Assembly (NCBI RefSeq): GCF_018350175.1
Contig: NC_058383.1
Location: forward strand, 13,208,001-13,272,000
Reading direction: 5' to 3'
DNA: 64,000 nucleotides
From: Felis catus
Lineage: Eukaryota
The position numbers and the translations under genes are program-made. Positions 37,471 to 49,104 of this stretch are shown here, one piece after another; positions within the stretch are counted from its first letter, which is position 1; the number at the start of each line of letters is the position of its first letter. The notes under the pieces are model-generated. The model did not search any database, was not told the DNA's origin, and saw only the letters and a program-made list of their open reading frames with translations.

Positions 37471-38525
37471 TAGGACTTCAAATGTTGATGCCATCACATG
37501 GCCATTACCTGACTAGATATAGGAGTTGAGTTACTCAAGGTAACTCAAATAAAAGAATTACCTATCCATAAAGCCAAAAGAAAAACAACAAACAAACAAA
37601 CAAACCTTTTTAAAAGTGGGCCTGGTTTCCCTCCTTCCAGTGATGTCTTGGGCATCTTAGTTACCTGGGTCTGAGGCTCAGCTGGCAGAGTCACACGGGA
37701 GGAGAGGAGAAAGCCTTGGCTCGAAAGTGTGGAGGTGTGGGGGTGGATTCTGAGAGGCTTGTACTGAAGTCCGATCTTAAAGGCTTCCTGCATACTGGTT
37801 TCTTTCATCATCATCCCACTTAAATTGTTTCCTCAGAGAATCCCCGGTGGCTTCCATACTGGGAACCCAATGTTCTTAGATGTACATATGAGCGTTCTGA
37901 GAGACACAGCCAGGATGGGAGTCTGTGACACTTGTTCCAAGTCCTGTCTGCTTTCTGTATGGAATGGTACTCAAAATATAGTCAAGATAAGTGAATTTGA
38001 GATAAACAGCCAAGAATTACTAGACTGAGATTTTTCTGGTATAATTTATATTAATTGTTCACTTGCTCTGTGCTCAGCAATATGCTGTTTGCTTGAAGGG
38101 ATGTAGAAATCTCTGCTTTCTAGAAGATTACAATTCAATGAGGGAAACAAAAATCAATACATATTTCCTAATATAAAATGAGAAATTACAGATAACAATA
38201 AATAACACCAAAGATACCTTTCTTAACTAGGCCTGTCCCCATTTCACTGCCTTCTTTTAGTGCTTTGAGAGGTCACATTCCAGCCCCCCTGGGTTGAGGT
38301 GGGAGAGCCATTTCTTTCTAAAAGGACCTCTGCTCCAAAGGAGGTAACTCCTGGCCTGAGGCTCATACTAGACCCTCTGTTAGCAGTAATTAAAAGAATT
38401 TTCTATCTAAATTAAAAGCTGTACTCTGTAATGATCATCCCCCACCCCCAGGCTGGCTACCAATGTGCATAATAATGAGCTGTAAAATCTAAAACCAAAC
38501 AGTGTGTCTTCTTTGGCATTTGCAA

Positions 38526-38529
<4 letters not shown>

Positions 38530-38578
<49 letters not shown>
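38530..38578. repeat. (TG)n(GC)n microsatellite
   Basis: Directly visible alternating purine-pyrimidine tract. Confidence 0.97.
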
Positions 38579-38685
38579 TGCATACACATGCATGCTTTTT
38601 AATGTAGCCACAACTTAACTCTGTTTTGGTATTCAAGAAAGTGTGGCATTCATGAAAACCAGAGGAAAAGTCTTCTTTGTCCACT

Positions 38686-38883
38686 TAGTACTTTCCAGTA
38701 GAAAGTACTATGGTGATGCAAGTGTTGCATATCTCTGCTATTCAGTTAGGTAACCACCAGCCACATATGCATTGATATGTGGCAAGTGTGACTGAAGAAC
38801 TGAATTTTGAAATTTTTCTCTTATTTTCACTAATTTATATTTAGCCACATGGGGCTATTTTTCTACCATACTGGGTAGTACAG
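38686..38883. mobile_element. MER3 hAT-Charlie MITE
   Basis: ggtaaccaccagccacatatg...atgtggcaagtgtgactgaagaactgaatttt...tagccacatggggcta...ctaccatactggg. Confidence 0.8.
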
Positions 38884-39988
38884 GTTCATCACATGTTTTT
38901 GGTTTTGTTTTTTTTTTAAGTTGGCAGGTTAAATTTTTGTTTAAAAATTTCCTTCTTCTTTGACTTAACGCCTTCCATGTTCTCCTTCCCACTGTGTCTT
39001 CCTCTGTTTCCCCTGCTTCTCCTTTGCCCTCACTTGTCCTCTCCCCTGGTCCTTTCTCGCCATTCTGTGCTGCCTTAGACTGGCAGTAACCCCATTAATG
39101 TGCATAATTTATTGAGATCTTTCACCTAGTTAGACTTGCCTGTCTGTGTTCTCCGTCCTTCCACAAACATGTGACCCAAGGTGGGTCATTTGCCAGTTAT
39201 GTAGTGTTTACCGAAAACTCCTAATGCACTGGCTACTCTTTAAAAACAAAAAAAACGAGTACGCTTTTTCTGACAACGTTTTTTTGGTGAACTCATGCTG
39301 GCTCCTGCATTCATTGCTTCTTTTTCTAAATACATAAAAAGACTCCTGTGGTAATCCATTCTAGAATCTTGCAAAATCAGTGGTATTAAAAAATCATAAA
39401 CCTAGGCTTGACTAACAGTAATCGATTCACCGGAAGTCTGCAGATTTCTCGGTCCTTACCTCTGTGAAGGGGGATTAAATAACCTCTGCAGGATTTCTGC
39501 TACTTTGACCCTCTGGCTGCAGTCTCACTGGTTTGGTCCTTAAGCCCCACCCATCTCATCTCCCTTCCTCTCCTCCTTTTTCTCCTTCAACCTTGCCTCC
39601 TCTCCCTCCTCCTCCTCCTCAAAATGGTAATGCCACTTGCACTCTTCTCTGCCCCTTTACTTGTACTTTAATTCATATGAACCTACCAGCAAGATTATGC
39701 GGACACACCCTCTTTTAAATTCAGTGTTCTCCCTGTTCAGAATCATGATTTTTGTTTTTTTTCAATTATTGATTTTATTTTAAGCCTCAAGTAACTTCAG
39801 TGATAGTGGGAATCCCATTGCAAGAGGGCCTGTTTTGCTGTGCTGTTACCCTCTGATATCTGATCATACTCTAAGTCGTAGGTCACCAGTATGCTGAAGG
39901 TCTTTGACTTTTCCAGTTCCCCACAGAAGCTGTGGTCAGTCATCTAACTGCAGTAGACACAAAAGCAATTTTTTGCCTCTAAAGATTT

Positions 39989-40196
39989 ATTTATTTTTTA
40001 ATGTTAATTTATTTTTGAGAGAGAGAGAGTGTGAGCAGGAGAGGGGCAAAGAGAGAGGGAGACACAGAATCTGAAACAGCTTCCAGGTTCCGAGCTGTCA
40101 GCACAGAGCCCCATGTGGGGCTCAAACCCACAAACCATGAGATCATAACCTGAGCCGAACTCGGATGCTCAACCAGCTGAGCCACCCAGGCGCCCC
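39989..40196 (-). mobile_element. Feline Can-SINE
   Basis: Ends gagccacccaggcgcccc; TSD TTGCCTCTAAAG[A/G]TTT at 39973-39988 and 40197-40212. Confidence 0.96.
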
Positions 40197-40379
40197 TTGC
40201 CTCTAAAGGTTTAAAAGGGTTTTTACATCACTGGTCATGGACGTTTTTAAGGTAAATATTGACAGGCTCTGTTAGTTCAATGCCAGGTCCCTTCCCATCT
40301 TAGAGTCCTCGCAGTTGTTACTCTGACAGCCTGAAATGGTTCTTTGCATGCTAGAGGCATCTCACCTTTGTACCTTAGT

Positions 40380-40600
40380 TTACTACCATTCTGAGGGTGT
40401 GTCCCTGTCTGCCTCCTACATCACTTTCACCCTGTTTACTCCCTTCATAGCACTTACTCCCCAGTGCTGGTTTCTGTCTTTGTTTCTCTGCTCCACTGGA
40501 ACAGAAGAATTTTCTCTCACTTGGCTTGTGCTGCGCCCTCAGTGCCCAGGGCCATCTCAGGAGGCTGGTAGGTGCTCTGTGGATAACATTGTTGAATTTA
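40380..40600 (+). mobile_element. L2 3'-end fragment
   Basis: cttcatagcacttac...ccctcagtgcccaggg...gtaggtgctctgtggataacattgttgaat. Confidence 0.55.
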
Positions 40601-41007
40601 TGTGTTTAGGGAACTATTGGTGTGGGTACAGATTTGGCACGCAGGGGACTGGCCTAATTAACTATTGTTGGAGTTCATTGGAGGACCCCTGCAGTCTGTA
40701 TTAAGACCCTGAACCTGAGGAGGGGAGTGTTAAGGAAGCATTTTGAAGGCAGATTGGTGACTCTGGGGTGTCCACAAGTTTTAGATTCTGTTCTTTAAAG
40801 TGTCTTAAAAATACCAGAGGACGGGTCCACTGTGGGACCGTCACGATTACAAAGACTCCCATCTCCATTATCCCATGTATTTCCTTAAGAAATGTTTCAT
40901 GAGGGCTAAGTATTTTCATCCCCACTTTAAAGATAGGAAGCTAAAGCACAAAATCCGCCCTCCAAATGGTAAGAACTGTTTTCTGCTTCTCTTAAAAGCT
41001 CTCTCCA

Positions 41008-41233
41008 GGGGCGCCTGGGTGGCTCAGTCGGTTGAGTGTCCGACTTCGGCTCAGGTCATGATCTCATGGTTTGTGGGTTCTAGCCCCACGTCGGGCTCTG
41101 TGCTGACAGCTCGGAGCCTGGAGCCTGCTTCGGATTCTGTGTCTCCCTCTCTCTCTGCCCCTCCCCTGCTCGTGCTCTGTCTCTCTCTCTCTCTCAAAAG
41201 TAAATAAAACGTTAAAAAAAAAAACCACACACA
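41008..41233 (+). mobile_element. Feline Can-SINE, full length
   Basis: GGGGCGCCTGGGTGGCTCAGTCGG head, (CT)n and A-tail; TSD aaaa[g/c]ctctctcca. Confidence 0.97.
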
Positions 41234-42113
41234 AAAACCTCTCTCCAAACTTTTTGTTCGCTCATGCCCTGCTATGAAATGCATCTGCCAATATAAGACA
41301 GAAAGTGTCCTTGGGAGACAGTGAATATAAAGAGCATGTGCACGGCTTGGTGTATATACCAAGTGCTCAAAATATTACCATCGTGTTATTGTTGGCCTTT
41401 CCCCTGAGTCTCTCCACCATCCAACAAGCTGACAAAAGTTTAAGGGTTCTGATATGAAGGGAATGATATGGTTGTGTCTATCATAATAAATAAAAGGACA
41501 CTGAAAAGACATTTAGTCATGGGAATAAAGCTAAGGAAACACATGTTCCACTGGAATGGCTTCTATTAGTGACAGAACCTCCTATGTTTTGGAATAATTC
41601 CCAGATGAAAGATTTTGCTGAATTTCAGACATTAATGAAACTAACGTAAGCCACTCAGTGTAGTGTGATTTTTTTTTTTTAACCTTGTGATTTGAGAGGC
41701 CTATTCTTAAAACCCAGTAATGCAGCCAAGCTGGATATTCTGCTGGAACCAGTTGTGTGGAGGGCCGATCTGACTTCTTCCTGTAAACTCTGCCATGTCT
41801 GGAGTTTCAGAAAACCATCCATGACCTCATTAAATCAGTAGAGTAGCATTGAGATCTCATAAGAAAATAGTAACTTGATTCTGAGGTAAACGTCCTGGAA
41901 AGTATTAAAAGAAAAGTAGGTTTCCATTCCCCCCTCCCCTGAAATAGCATTATTCAAACTCCAGGAGGCATTTATAGTCAATTCCTGTGATGATTGGAGA
42001 GAAGCTTTAAAAATTTGTACAATCCTGTAAAGACTTTTGAAACAGAAGAGAAAGAAATAGTTATCATTTTTCCTTGAGGGAGAAACTTGTTGCATGCTGG
42101 TTTTCTCTTTTTA

Positions 42114-42327
42114 TTCATTTATTTTTTAAAGTTTATGTATATTTTTTGAGAGAGCGAGCAAGCACAAGCAGGGGAGGAACAGAGAGAGATAGAGACAGAG
42201 TCCCAAGCAAGCTCCACATTGTCAATGCAGAGCCTGACGTGGGGCTCAAACTCACAAACTGCGAGATCATGACATGAGCTGAAATCAGGAGTGGGACACT
42301 TAACCAACTGAGCCACCCGGGTGCCCC
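42114..42327 (-). mobile_element. Can-SINE (older variant)
   Basis: Ends gagccacccgggtgcccc; TSD tg[g/a]ttttctcttttta. Confidence 0.95.
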
Positions 42328-42746
42328 TGATTTTCTCTTTTTAAACTAACTGGGATCCAGTGTTTATTTTTGTACTCCATATAATCCTCTATAAACTAGT
42401 CATCCTTATGACAGTGATTGTGTCGGAAACTGGTCTAGGTGAAATTAGAAGTGATGTAGATAGATTGGTAGGTAGGTAATCACTTTATGTAAAACATTGT
42501 GACTTTATTTCTTAGAGTGGTTTTAGGTTCACAGCAAAAACGAGCTAATCTCACAGAATCCCCCATGTGCCTCTGCCACCCCACCCCATCCCCAGCTTTT
42601 CGGACTGTCCACATCCCCTACCAGAGAGGCACGTGTGTGTTACTGTCATTGAACCTACATGGATGCTTTCCCATCACCCAAAGTCCACAGTTTATGTTAG
42701 GGTTCACCTTTTGTATTGTGCGTGCTGTGGGTTTCCATGTATTTTC

Positions 42747-42982
42747 TTTCATTTACAAATCTTTAAAAAAATTTTTTAATGTTTATTTATTTTTGAGAGA
42801 GAGGAGCAGGGAGAGAGAGAGAGAGAGAGACAGACAGACATACAGAATCAGAAGCAGGATCCAGGCTCTGAGCTGTCAGCACAGAGCCCGACGCGGGACT
42901 CAAACACATACACCGTGAGATCATGACCTGAGCCGAAGTCAGATGCTTATCCAACTGAGCCACCCAGGCGCCCCCCCCCCCC
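42747..42982 (-). mobile_element. Feline Can-SINE (downstream member of a tandem pair)
   Basis: Full SINE body; head GGGG extended to a 12-G run (C12 at 42971-42982). Confidence 0.95.
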
Positions 42983-43190
42983 AATTTTTTTAATGTTTAT
43001 TTATTTTTGAGAGAGAGACAGAGTGCGAGCAGGGGAGGGGCAGAGAGACAGGGAGACACAGAATCCGAAGCAGGTTCTAGGCTCTGAACTGTCAGCACAG
43101 AGCCCGACGGGGGGCTCAAACCCATGAACTGTGAGATTGTGACCTGAGCCGAAGTCAGACGCTTAACTGACTGAGCGACTCAGGTGCCCC
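42983..43190 (-). mobile_element. Feline Can-SINE (upstream member of a tandem pair)
   Basis: Ends gagcgactcaggtgcccc; TSD TCCATGTATTTTC at 42734-42746 and 43191-43203 encloses both SINEs. Confidence 0.95.
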
Positions 43191-43457
43191 TCCATGTATT
43201 TTCATTGCTTGAGAGCTCATTTGATTTTAGTACTGAATAATTTTCCGTAGTCTGAATGTACCAGTTTTACTTACTCATTCACCTGAAGGACGTTTTGGTC
43301 GATTCTAGTTATTCTAATTAGTAATAAAGTGCTGTAAACGTCTGTGTATGGGTTTCTATGTAGAGATTCACATGCATCACTTTAATATTCACATGTCACT
43401 TTTTAAAAAAATTCAGGTTTCTCAAAGTAATAGAGTTATTAGAAGAGTAATACAGGT

Positions 43458-44228
43458 CACCTCACACTTGTCAGAATGGCTAAAATTAAAAAGACAAGAA
43501 ACAACAAGTGTTGGTGAGGATGTGGTGAAAAAGGAGCCCTCAGGCCCTGTTGGTGGGAATGCAAACTAGTGCAGCCACTGTGGAAGACAGTATGGATGTT
43601 CCTCAAAAAATGAAAAATAGACTTAGCATATGATCCAGAAGTTCCACTACTGGGTATTTACCCAAAGAAAATGAAGATACTAATTTAAAAAGATAAATGC
43701 ACCCTTATGATTATTGCAACATTATTTACAGTAGCTAAATTATAGAAGCACCCCAAGTGTCCACTGATAGTTGAATGGGTAAAGGGGAAAAAAAATATAT
43801 ATGCATATACATATATACATATGTATACACTGTATATACACATATGTAGTGGAATATTACTCAGCCGTAAAAAAGAACGAAACCTTGCCATTTGTAACAA
43901 CATGGATGGAGCTAGAAAGTATAATGCTAAGTGGAATAAGTCAGAGAAAGACAAATACCGTATGATTTCACTCATACGTGGAATTGAAGAAACAAAACAA
44001 ATGAACAAAGAAAAAAGAGATCAACCCAAAAGTGAACTCTTATCTCTAGAGAACAAGCTGATAGTTACCAGAGGAGAGGTGTGGAGGAGGGGGGAATGGG
44101 GAAATAGGTGAAGGGTATTAACAGTACACTTCTTATGGTGTGCACTGAGTAATGTGGAGAATTGTTGAAGCCTTGTATTGTACACCGGAAACTAACGTAA
44201 TACTGTTAACTATACTGGAATTTGAAGA
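43458..44228 (+). mobile_element. 5'-truncated carnivore-type L1 (ORF2 C-terminal remnant + 3' UTR)
   Basis: cacctcacacttgtcagaatggctaaaatt...ggtgggaatgcaaactagtgcagccactgtggaa (HLTLVRMA...[11 protein letters not shown]); TSD-like aagagtaatacagg/aagagtgattcagg. Confidence 0.93.
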
Positions 44229-44760
44229 AAGAGTGATTCAGGGATCTGGAAATGGTGTATGAAAGAGGTGGCATCTGAGTAAGGCCTTCATTAATGGATG
44301 GACTGGTTTGGACACAGGCTGGAGCAGGTAGATTCTGCTATAATGGGAAGAGGATGTGATTCTCTCTTTGCCTGGAGTGCGCAGTCAGTGTAGTTTCATT
44401 GTGGGTGATAGGCTTTGGCACCTTTAACACTGGGCTGAAGAAGAGGGACTTACGTAGTGACATCACAGCAGATTATTGAGGTGGGAAGTGATGAGAGTGT
44501 CACTCACATGTCAGCAGCTTTACTTGCCCTTGCTTCGATTGAGGTATTTGACTTAAGAGTAGTAATATGACATTTATTAAACAGTTGTTTATCATTATAA
44601 TTGTTCACCAGTTTAGACTAACCTTCCCTATGGTTGGTCCAAATTGGATTTTATTAAAATGGGAAAGAGAAGTATTCCACTACAGTGTCTTTTGTTCTGA
44701 TACTCAAAATTATTTTCCACCTAAAAGTACAATTTCTCAGGACATAAAACCATGCTTTTT

Positions 44761-44978
44761 TTTTTTTTTAACGTTTATTTATTTTTGAGACAGAGAGACA
44801 GAGCATGAACGGGGGAGGGTCAGAGAGAGAGGGAGACACAGAATCGGAAGCAGGCTCCAGGCTCTGAGCCATCAGCCCAGAGCCCAACGCGGGGCTCGAA
44901 CTCATGGACCGCGAGATTGCGAGATCGTGACCTGAGCTGAAGTCGGACGCTCAACCGACTGAGCCACCCAGGCGCCCC
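44761..44978 (-). mobile_element. Young feline Can-SINE
   Basis: Perfect 15-bp TSD AAAACCATGCTTTTT at 44746-44760 and 44979-44993; internal GCGAGAT duplication. Confidence 0.97.
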
Positions 44979-45234
44979 AAAACCATGCTTTTTGACATAT
45001 GGGGCCCACAGATTATAATCACATTGCACAAGGGATTATATTTTAAAGAAAAGCTTTTGTATAATCTCCTTTTGCTGTGCTTCCTCACTTCTCTTAGGAC
45101 AAACAGCCTTAAATTTCACCTAGTCAAGGAAACGTCAGCTAGAGTGAACATCGTATAAGGTCAATTAACTAAACAGGAAGCTGTGCTCCTCAAAGTGGAG
45201 AGATTTTGAAAATAGAGGAGAACACTATCCAAGC

Positions 45235-45350
45235 AAAAGTATGGTGGCATCAGCTTCAGTTGGGACCTTGTTAGAAATGCAAATTCTCAGACTCTACCCC
45301 AGAAACTCTTGAGTGGGACCCAGCAATCTGTTGTAAATATGAGAACCTCT
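45235..45350. mobile_element. MER5A-like hAT-Charlie MITE fragment
   Basis: gcatcagc...cttgttagaaatgcaaattctcag...gggacccagcaatctg...tgagaacc. Confidence 0.75.
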
Positions 45351-45789
45351 AATGTACAGGCATTGGGGGTCGAGGGAGGAGGAAGTTCAGGCTGTTGCTG
45401 CAAAAGAGAGGAGACCCGTTGTACTAATAGTTACTGTTTATTGACCACTTCATAATGGGAATTTTGCAAACATAGCTCGTGTAATCTCAACCCTAGATGG
45501 TGTAATATTATAATGTCATATCTTATAGATGAGAAAAGAAGAATAACTTACGAAGTAGCATAGTAAAGCCTCATAATGAAGCTTCAGACCTCTCGGACTC
45601 AGGCCTGACCTCTGTGAACTTTGCCAAGCCATCAGGGTTGTGTAGATGGTCTCCCAGAATGCAGCAGTGGGGCCCAAGCAGCATCCTTGTCCTCACCCGC
45701 TCTCCTTTCCGTGCTCTGTCTGCTGCTTTTCCCGCCTCCCTGACCAAGGCAGGTAGGTGTTCATTCTTGCCTGCCTCCAGGGGAGGCCA

Positions 45790-45962
45790 TGTTGTGTAGT
45801 GAAGAGGGCAGAGCAAGAGTGGTAGGAACCTGGTTATTTCCATTTCTCTGACTTCTACGAATAAGTCTTAGGACTCTAGGCCTGGCCTGTGGCATCTTGG
45901 TGCCTCAGTTTTATCATCTGTGAAATGAGGAGTTAGAGAGATCTCTAGGTTCCTTCTGAATC
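45790..45962 (+). mobile_element. MIR-family SINE
   Basis: gtgcctcagttttatcatctgtgaaatgaggagttagagagatctctaggttccttc. Confidence 0.65.
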
Positions 45963-47529
45963 TCATCTGTGTCTAACACTTAATTGGAGGTAGGTGGTCA
46001 AACTAGGTGATCAGCATACATGGAAGGTACTTATTAGATGATAGTTCCTCAACCCAAGTGCAAAACAACCTTATTCCTGATTCTGGCATTTTTCCCTCTA
46101 TGAATTTAAACAGGTTAGTATTTTAATTTTCTTGAGAGGGGAGTAAGAGTTACTATATTTATATGTAAGTATTGAGTTAATTAAGCCTCCTGTTAAGATT
46201 TTAAGATAGAGATAAAGAATGAGGCTATATGACCCAATAATAAAACAATAAAACAATAAATAAATTAAATAAATAAATAAAACAGGTAATTATATTTGTA
46301 AAAAAGTGTTATCTCCTATTAGTTTTTGTAATAATAGTAGTTTGAAAATATATTATGATAGCATAAATAATAAAGAGATTCTTAAGGTAATATTCTGCTA
46401 AGGACTATATAGACAGGGAATATTTAGTACCTTTAATAACATGGTTTGGCAAAAGTAGCTTCCTAATGGTTTAGCTCTTTATTTTATGAATTTGGGTCTA
46501 GCTTGTAAGTAGAATTCAAGTTACTTCTTTCCTAATTTCTCTTACAACCTTTGCTTTTATATAGAGCAAATGCCTTTACTTTTCATTTGAAATAGTCTTA
46601 CTGTTCTGTTTTTCTGAGACCTTTAAGCAAACTCAGTTACTCTATGTAGCTTCTGTAGAAATAAAACCTATTTATCCAAATAATGTATTTTTTTACAAGT
46701 TCCAATTTCATTTCCTAAGCTGGTTTGATCATTCCATAGTGACATTGATCCCCATTATGACATTTATAAATTATAACCTATTTCTCTTGTATTAAGCAGT
46801 TCCCAAGCTCTTGGAACCTATAAAATAGTTGACTGTTGTAACATTCAATAAAGCGTAGGCTTGCACCTCAGTGTTGTGGTTGTGACAAGTTGCTGTGTTA
46901 CTTTGGAATAAGAGGTTAAGTTGTTGAAGTACGCTTGGGTAGACTTTGGAGAAGTACGGAATTATGTACTCGGAGGCAGAAGACCGGGACCTAGACCCTT
47001 CCTGTCAGTACTTTTCCAGAGCAACCTTTACAGTCTTCCTTATTAGGTCATTTGTCATGTAGGTATAATAGCTCCTTCCCCTGAGGGTTAGAGCCTCTTC
47101 GTTCCCCTGCTAAGGAGATCTGTGAGTCCTTGCTTCTAGAACGAAGGCAGGTTATGAGTTACCTTTGCCTGAGTTGTCACCTAGGTGAGCACTGTGAGCC
47201 TTGTTTGTGTGGGGGAATGCACACAGTTGGAAACTTCTCTTCAGAGGGTGATGCAGCCTCCGGGTACCTCCTTCCCACCATCGCTCATGCCACATTTGGC
47301 ATTTTGCAGCCTGGCCTTGTTTTCATCAGCTATGATTACCAAAAATCTGAATTTACAAGTTAAGCAAATCAAGGGATGGTCATCCTCGGTGCTGCTGCTG
47401 AATATTTTTGCATTCGGAATGGTTCACCCTAGGGGTCCTTCAAATAGCAAGTTACTCTGCTGGATTTAAATGGGATTTACTATATAAAAATTCCATTTAC
47501 ACACGTAACAGGATGTTATGTTTGTATGG

Positions 47530-47710
47530 CAGAATTATTAAAAAGCAGGATTCTAGAGTTTTCACCCAGAGCAAAGTTGGGATCCCAGCTTTCTCACTTA
47601 TGGGCTGTGTGATCATGGGCAAGTTACTTAGTGTCTCAGCCTCAGTTTTCTCACTGGTCAACCAGAGATCATGGAGTCTCTAAGATAACACTTGGGAGTG
47701 TTTAGGACGA
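47530..47710 (+). mobile_element. MIR SINE
   Basis: gatcccagctttctcactta...gctgtgtgatcatgggcaagttactta...gcctcagttttctcac. Confidence 0.75.
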
Positions 47711-48884
47711 CTCAAACAGGAAGTGCTGTGAAAAGATAACACTGTGTGTCCTGTGAGAGGAGAATCTTAGGCATATAAGAGCACGCCAATGGCAGCGTTC
47801 CTGTTAAGGGTCATTTTGTCTCATATTGTGTCTGTCTCTCCCCTCCTTCCTGTCTTCGGATGTGTTTGTAAACTTGAAAAGAACACGGTGGAAAAGAGCT
47901 CACGTTCCTGCTCGGTCACATTTCTTCTGCTCTGTGGCTTGGCAGGATCGATCTTCAGGAGGACCCGAAAAAAATCAAACCATGAATTACCCTGCACTGG
48001 GTAACGACAGTGGTTTGGATGGCATCTTCCTAATTTTTGCTTTGGCTTTTCTCTTCTCCAGGCAACAGTAAATAGAGGGGGAGGTTAAGAGTATGCCTTT
48101 TAATTACTGAGTTCTTAAGTTCTTGGAGTGGGTGCCGTCTGTTTTCTCAGGATCAGACTAGAAGGCGTCATTTTACTACACAGCAGCCAAGACTTGTCCT
48201 GAATGGATGTGGGTTCGGCAAAGTATCTTTAGCTTGAGGAATGAGGGCTTTGGATCGTATTCAGAGTCTGGGCTTCACCAGGCCACTCTTTATTTATCCT
48301 TTTAGTGAGTCCCATTTGTCTGTCCTCTGTCAAGGGCTCGTGTACACCACGCTGATTTAGTGCTAACTGGGGAGATTAGAAATGCCTTGCCTGGTGCTGT
48401 CAGCCAAATCTGAATCACTGTCTGTGTACTCTGACCCGTCTACTCAGAGAGGTTTACCCTTTGCTCTGCTGCTCACTCTAATAGGCAGAAAAGCTCAGCT
48501 CACCCCAGCTTTTATACAGGGGTCAGCGCCAGAAATAGCTCTTTTAACACAGCCATAGAAGCAACACAAATCCAGCAAGCAGATAGTATACAACGGCTGC
48601 TTTTAGGCCTTGGAACAAAAGAAAGTGGTTTATCATTTCTACACGCCAGTACCAACACTATTCTCTGTCATTTGCTGGAGAGTTTATCGTTCCTGGGGGC
48701 CAGGGCCTAGGTTTTCTTTACTCAGATGCCTTCCAGCTGGGGTGTAGCTTGGCGCACTGGTCGTTATTTTCACCCAAAATTGTAATTTGAGGTCATTACG
48801 TCATGTAGATTTAAGGATAAATACGGTATTTGGTGGGCCCTGGAAAGAAGAGATACCTCCAAAATGGATGGTGAAAATCTTTTT

Positions 48885-49104
48885 TTTTTTTTAATTTTCT
48901 TTAATGTTTATTTATTTTTGAGAGAGGGAGACTGAGCGCGAGTGGGAGAGGGGCAGAGAGAGAGAGGGAGACACAGAATCCAAAGCAGGCTCCAGGCTCT
49001 GAGCTGTCAGCACAGAGCTCGATGTGGGGCTCAAACCCACGAGCCGTGAGATTGTGACCTAAGCTGAAGTCGGGCGCTTAACTGACTGAGCCACCAGGTG
49101 CCCC
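48885..49104 (-). mobile_element. Feline Can-SINE
   Basis: Ends gagccaccaggtgcccc; short TSD ATCTTTTT. Confidence 0.95.

Larger units (their letters stand above)
42500..43365 (-). mobile_element. L1MC-like 3' fragment, internally deleted and split by two SINEs
   Basis: ttttaggttcacagcaaaa...catcacccaaagtccacagttta at the left; tccatgtattttcattgcttgagagctcattt...tactcattcacctgaagga at the right. Confidence 0.75.
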
